Below, piece after piece: positions 7,025 to 10,071 of a stretch of 10,071 nucleotides of DNA. A program made the translations under genes and the position numbers. Below the pieces are notes generated by a model, which did not search any database, was not told the origin of the DNA, and was given only the letters and a program-made list of their open reading frames with translations. Every line of letters starts with the position of its first letter. The stretch's first letter is position 1. Location: NCBI GenBank assembly GCA_043806035.1, contig JAZDHK010000032.1:1-10071 (forward strand), written 5' to 3'. The DNA comes from an archaeon. GTDB taxonomy: Archaea; Nanobdellota; Nanobdellia; Woesearchaeales; UBA9642.

Positions 7025-7318
7025 TTAATGGATGTCGCGCAGGTTGCTCGCTGATATCTTGCGATAGTTCTGCACGCTTTTGTCAATGTTCTTCTTGCTC
7101 ATCTTGAGCTTGTCCGCATGTTTCTTGAGTTCGTTGAGCACAGTGGTGTGCTGGCTGAGTTCTTTCACCTCTATCGGTTTCAGGAAGATTCCCTCGTTTT
7201 CTATGACGTAGAGCGCAAAGGACGCCCCCTTGTCGAGATTGAGCTCGAGCCTGATGTCCTTCGGGATGACAATCTGCCCTCGCTCGTCGCTCTGCACGAC
7301 CTTCGCGTACGTCTTCAT
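7025..7318 (-). CDS. AbrB/MazE/SpoVT-family DNA-binding protein, 97 aa, with no adjacent toxin
   Basis: Swapped-hairpin signature DERGQIVIPKDIR..LNL..G......IFLKP; SD-like GGTGG upstream. Confidence 0.9.
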   Translation of the reverse strand: MKTYAKVVQSDERGQIVIPKDIRLELNLDKGASFALYVIENEGIFLKPIEVKELSQHTTVLNELKKHADKLKMSKKNIDKSVQNYRKISASNLRDIH

Positions 7319-7340
7319 TGTTATCTATCGCCACCAGCAC

Positions 7341-7363
7341 TTTTTTCTGAATTTCAGAAAAAA
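7341..7363. promoter_or_regulatory. 23-bp palindrome with perfect 11-bp arms, candidate operator 1
   Basis: TTTTTTCTGAA-T-TTCAGAAAAAA, 23-45 nt upstream of the abrB start codon. Confidence 0.65.
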
Positions 7364-7402
7364 TTACAAAATACCAAATTTTTACTCTATTATCTAACTC
7401 CT

Positions 7403-7410
7403 TTTTATAT
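7403..7410 (-). promoter_or_regulatory. TATA box (ATATAAAA) for abrB
   Basis: Preceded by A-rich BRE-like CAAAAA; predicted TSS ~7381, giving a leader of about 60 nt. Confidence 0.55.
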
Positions 7411-7421
7411 TTTTTGTTTTG

Positions 7422-7442
7422 TTATCTGATTTTCAGAGATAA
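7422..7442. promoter_or_regulatory. Second palindrome, candidate operator 2
   Basis: TCTGA-TTT-TCAGA at 7425-7437 has the same core as 7346-7358 (TCTGA-ATT-TCAGA). An overlapping pair of arms, TTATCT (7422-7427) and AGATAA (7437-7442), is also present. Confidence 0.55.
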
Positions 7443-7472
7443 AGATGGGTGTGCGAGTGATCTGCTCGTCTG

Positions 7473-7496
7473 AAAAACACAAAAAAAGAAACAAAA
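7473..7496 (-). terminator. Oligo(T) tract, archaeal-type terminator for the aldolase gene
   Basis: TTTTGTTTCTTTTTTTGTGTTTTT on the minus strand, starting a few nt after the aldolase stop codon. Confidence 0.6.
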
Positions 7497-7499
7497 CCT

Positions 7500-8255
7500 C
7501 TATTGCAAAAACACTCTTGCACTCACGTTCTTAGCAAGCTCTAGTGCATTGTCGTCCTGCCAGATGTTCCTGCCTATAGCGAATCCCGTTACGCCTTGCT
7601 TGAGGATGACGTCCACCTTGGCGAGGAATTTCTCTGAAGCTATCTTTCCTCCTCCTGCAGCAAGAACCCTGCACTTCCCCGCCACCTTGACTGCCCAAGC
7701 AAGCTTGGTGAGATCCTTTGGCTCGCGTACTTTGACAAAGTCTGCCCCCAGCTCGAGGGCAACCCTAGCAGCATACGCGATAAGTTCAGGACTATCTTTA
7801 TTTTTGATGTCCTGTCCTCGGGGGTATGCCCAGATGATGGTGGGCAGGCCATAATCGTCCGCTTGTTTCTTTATTGCAGCGAATTCCTTGAACATGACAC
7901 TTTCCATGCGACTGCCGACGAATATGGTGTAGCCGACGGCACTTGCCCCTAAACGCACGGCCTCCTCGACGGTGCAGATTGCTGGAGAGTATGGTTCGTC
8001 CTTGTGCAGGCACGTCTTGCCGTTGAGCTTGAGGATGAGGGGAATGCCAGAATTTCTGTCATAGTAGTGCTCTGCCGTTCCTCGCTGGAAGACGACGCCC
8101 GTGCAGTTCGCCTGCTTGGCGATGTTCATAATGAATGTAGGATCATAATTTCTGTCATTGAAGTCCGTGGGCCCGTGCTCTAGTCCTTGGTCGTACGCGA
8201 GAAAGAATGCCCTGTTATTTCTGAGCAGAGAAGCTATACGCTTTTCTTTGTTCAT
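7500..8255 (-). CDS. fba: Fructose-bisphosphate aldolase class IA (DhnA/archaeal-type), 251 aa
   Basis: LAYDQGLEHGP, ILKLNGKT, AVGYT, IWAYPRG, ELGADFVK (Schiff-base Lys), AGG and GRNIWQ. Strong SD AGGAGGTG 5 nt before ATG 8255. Confidence 0.92.
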   Translation of the reverse strand: MNKEKRIASLLRNNRAFFLAYDQGLEHGPTDFNDRNYDPTFIMNIAKQANCTGVVFQRGTAEHYYDRNSGIPLILKLNGKTCLHKDEPYSPAICTVEEAVRLGASAVGYTIFVGSRMESVMFKEFAAIKKQADDYGLPTIIWAYPRGQDIKNKDSPELIAYAARVALELGADFVKVREPKDLTKLAWAVKVAGKCRVLAAGGGKIASEKFLAKVDVILKQGVTGFAIGRNIWQDDNALELAKNVSARVFLQ

Positions 8256-8260
8256 GCCTA

Positions 8261-8298
8261 CACCTCCTTTCAGCATCCTGTATGGATTTTGTTTATAT
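8261..8298 (-). promoter_or_regulatory. fba promoter and RBS: TATA box ATATAAAC (8291-8298) and SD AGGAGGTG (8261-8268)
   Basis: The TATA box overlaps the upstream gene's stop codon; the predicted TSS (~8269) abuts the SD. Confidence 0.6.
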
Positions 8299-8882
8299 TA
8301 CTTTCTGAAAATAATGATAGTGTCTTTGTCCGTTCCCTTCGATTCCCACGCCTTAAGGAAGACTGTCTTTGGAATAGGTAGGTGTGCCTTGGCTCGCGCA
8401 ATGCCTGAATTGTTGACGTACACATATTTTGTATCATGTCCTGTGACAGGGAGAAAGTGTCCTGTAAAGCCATCTTTTCCTGCGATGACGAACCAGTTGA
8501 CGAGGACGATAGGAACGGATCTTTCTGACACGTATGCTAGTAGTTCTTTGAGTGACAAGTCCTTTTCAGCCATGCTCTGCTTCATCTCCTTCTGAAGTTG
8601 CTTGAGAACGAGCATCGCCTTATCATTTGCGTACTTCTTGTAAAACTTAAGGTCATGAACGTCAAAGTTTGCTGTGGAAAAGAATCTGACGGGAAAGCCG
8701 AGCTTTTTTGCTGCCCGCGCAATGCCCAAGCTCCACACCATGCCAGAACTGAGGCGTTTCTCGAGGCGGGCAATTTCTTGAAAGGCGTGCCTTTCCCCAA
8801 AGAATTCGAGGACCATTTTGAGAGCGAGAGGACCGCAGTCAGTGTCTTTTCTTGATTTGTAAAAAGGAACGTGCAGTTTCAT
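8298..8882 (-). CDS. Papain-fold peptidase C39-like protein resembling eukaryotic GUCD1 (Guanylate_cyc_2), 194 aa
   Basis: VPFY....TDCGPLALKMVL (catalytic Cys), PIVLV, FTGHFLPVTGHD (His), FLKAW and C-terminal SKGTDKDTIII. Start ATG 8882 lies 22 nt from a TATA box. Confidence 0.85.
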   Translation of the reverse strand: MKLHVPFYKSRKDTDCGPLALKMVLEFFGERHAFQEIARLEKRLSSGMVWSLGIARAAKKLGFPVRFFSTANFDVHDLKFYKKYANDKAMLVLKQLQKEMKQSMAEKDLSLKELLAYVSERSVPIVLVNWFVIAGKDGFTGHFLPVTGHDTKYVYVNNSGIARAKAHLPIPKTVFLKAWESKGTDKDTIIIFRK

Positions 8883-8903
8883 GCTCTTCTTGAGAGAGCA
8901 CAA

Positions 8904-8911
8904 TTAATAAA
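8904..8911 (-). promoter_or_regulatory. TATA box (TTTATTAA) for the C39-like gene
   Basis: 3' edge is 22 nt from ATG 8882. Confidence 0.6.
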
Positions 8912-8918
8912 AGTACCG

Positions 8919-9494
8919 TTAGACGTAGTCGTTCACGTCTGGCGTCTGCAAAGAAAGCCCTTTTTCCCGCATGGCCTGTTCGTATTGCTCGTCAGGAATT
9001 TCTTTTTTTTCAAGCCCCGGAAAAAGTGAACATAGCGCTCTCTTGACGTTGTTCTTGTAGAAGCAGTGCAGTTTTTCCTGTGTTTCCTTGAACAACGCAG
9101 CATCCTCTTTTTTCCATGTCAGAATGTTGATGTGATCCCTACCTTCCAAAAAAATGCTGTACGGACTGAGGTTCTGGGCGAGCAGGGCAAGATTGCCATC
9201 GATGAATTCCTGGAGGCGTTGCTGGTCATCGTACATGTTGTGCGATCCATACATCATAAGGTGCGTTCTCACCATTGCTTGCATGTCTCTCTCGCCTGTC
9301 CGTTCTAAGAAGAAAACAGGAAGTTCAAGAGCTGGAGGAATGACAAGCTGCTGCTTTGCTTGCGCATAATCGATGCCGAAGAGCTCTCTCAGGACGTCTG
9401 CCCTTCCGGCATGGTAACTCTTGAGATCTTCATGACAGTCTCTGTATTCTTTTTCGTTAGCAAGCCCTTCAATAAGCGTATCAATCGTCAGCAT
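8919..9494 (-). CDS. Hypothetical protein, 191 aa
   Basis: SD-like GGGGGG (9502-9507) before ATG 9494; ORF fills the gap; no motif recognised. Confidence 0.78.
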   Translation of the reverse strand: MLTIDTLIEGLANEKEYRDCHEDLKSYHAGRADVLRELFGIDYAQAKQQLVIPPALELPVFFLERTGERDMQAMVRTHLMMYGSHNMYDDQQRLQEFIDGNLALLAQNLSPYSIFLEGRDHINILTWKKEDAALFKETQEKLHCFYKNNVKRALCSLFPGLEKKEIPDEQYEQAMREKGLSLQTPDVNDYV

Positions 9495-9531
9495 GGTCAA
9501 ACCCCCCAATAGTGTCAGAAATACACTACAC

Positions 9532-9539
9532 ATTTTAAA
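9532..9539 (-). promoter_or_regulatory. TATA box (TTTAAAAT) for the 8919-9494 gene
   Basis: Lies within ACATTT-T-AAATGT (9530-9542); the predicted TSS (~9510) is just before the SD. Confidence 0.55.
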
Positions 9540-9544
9540 TGTTT

Positions 9545-9892
9545 CTAAATGAAGAAGCTATACATACCTTCGACGAAGATGAAGCTTGCCATGATGATCG
9601 GCAATGCCGTGATTATGCCTACAGGAAGGACGACACCCACAAGGACAAGTCCGTAGAGGACGCTGGGGAAGATCATTGGCGTGTGCAAGAAATAGCTCAG
9701 CACGACATGTTCTCCGACAGCATGGCTGCTTGCAATGTTTGCTACTTGGATGAGAATCAAGCCAACCGCACCGAGTAGCAGCAAAGGAATGCCCAACAGC
9801 GATGCACTTTTGTATATGCCGAAGACGTACAGGAAGAGCAGTACGCCCAAAGGCAGAAAGATGATGCCGACAACACTATCGATGAATTCCAC
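9545..9892 (-). CDS. Small integral membrane protein, ~4 TM helices, 115 aa
   Basis: Strongly hydrophobic throughout; GTG start 22 nt from a TATA box. Confidence 0.8.
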   Translation of the reverse strand: MEFIDSVVGIIFLPLGVLLFLYVFGIYKSASLLGIPLLLLGAVGLILIQVANIASSHAVGEHVVLSYFLHTPMIFPSVLYGLVLVGVVLPVGIITALPIIMASFIFVEGMYSFFI

Positions 9893-9913
9893 GTATTTCT
9901 ACTACTAACGATG

Positions 9914-9921
9914 TTTATAAA
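9914..9921 (-). promoter_or_regulatory. TATA box (TTTATAAA) for the membrane protein gene
   Basis: Consensus box preceded by CTAAAAA; 22 nt from GTG 9892. Confidence 0.65.
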
Positions 9922-9930
9922 TTTTTAGAA

Positions 9931-10002
9931 AGCGGACGCCCGGATTTGAACCGGGGAATGACAGGGTTGCAGCCTGTTGCCTTACCGCTTGGCGACGCCC
10001 GC
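9931..10002 (-). tRNA. tRNA-Cys: tRNA-Cys (anticodon GCA), 72 nt, no intron, CCA not encoded
   Basis: Cloverleaf: acceptor GCGGGCG/CGTCCGC, D-arm GCC-AAGCGGTAA-GGC, anticodon arm ACAGG-CTGCAAC-CCTGT, T-arm CCCGG-TTCAAAT-CCGGG. Discriminator is U73, the Cys identity element. Confidence 0.96.
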
Positions 10003-10027
10003 ACAACGAAAGGAGAACCGAGAAGCG

Positions 10028-10035
10028 GTTTATAT
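10028..10035 (-). promoter_or_regulatory. TATA box (ATATAAAC) for tRNA-Cys
   Basis: Preceded by BRE-like CCAAAAACC; 26 nt upstream of the mature tRNA 5' end. Confidence 0.6.
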
Positions 10036-10071
10036 GGTTTTTGGTAAACATTAAAAGCATGCAGGCATTCC

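Noticed and set aside
7025-7318. AbrB as the antitoxin of a type II toxin-antitoxin pair
   Set aside because: No PIN/VapC, MazF or other toxin ORF on either side; the neighbours are trmI and fba.
8302-8310. Operator half-site TTTCTGAA next to the fba TATA box (also TTCAGAA at 6987-6993 and TCTGAA at 7469-7474)
   Set aside because: Half-sites only; such short words also occur inside CDSs in this window.
8298-10002. Genes downstream of tRNA-Cys as an integrated element
   Set aside because: No integrase, and I saw no duplicated tRNA 3' end in the window; promoters match the rest of the region.

Overview
This window looks like ordinary chromosomal DNA from an archaeon. The evidence is ABCE1/RLI, TrmI, a class IA aldolase, TATA-box promoters and a tRNA gene with no encoded CCA. 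The compact layout and Pol II-like PolB suggest a DPANN (Woesearchaeota-like) lineage, which is an inference. It holds 11 plausible CDSs and one tRNA, in order: family-B DNA polymerase resembling bacterial Pol II (-), hypothetical with a remote VirK/YbjX (DUF535)-like C-terminus (-), ABCE1 (+), Lit/DUF1461-like membrane protein (+), hypothetical (+), trmI (-), solo AbrB-type regulator (-), class IA fructose-bisphosphate aldolase (-), GUCD1-like/C39-like papain-fold protein (-), hypothetical (-), small 4-TM protein (-), tRNA-Cys(GCA) (-). I found no mobile element, CRISPR array or recognisable defence island, and I cannot support a claim of a complete new system. The most notable signals are: (1) an abrB promoter bracketed by two TCTGA-N3-TCAGA palindromes, with a GC-rich structured element between abrB and trmI; (2) a Pol II-like polymerase with archaeal uracil-pocket residues and a hybrid clamp-binding motif; (3) archaeal homologues of Lit and GUCD1; (4) a tRNA-Cys with bacterial-type features; (5) very regular TATA-to-start spacing. 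Family calls come from motifs recognised by eye, not from database searches.
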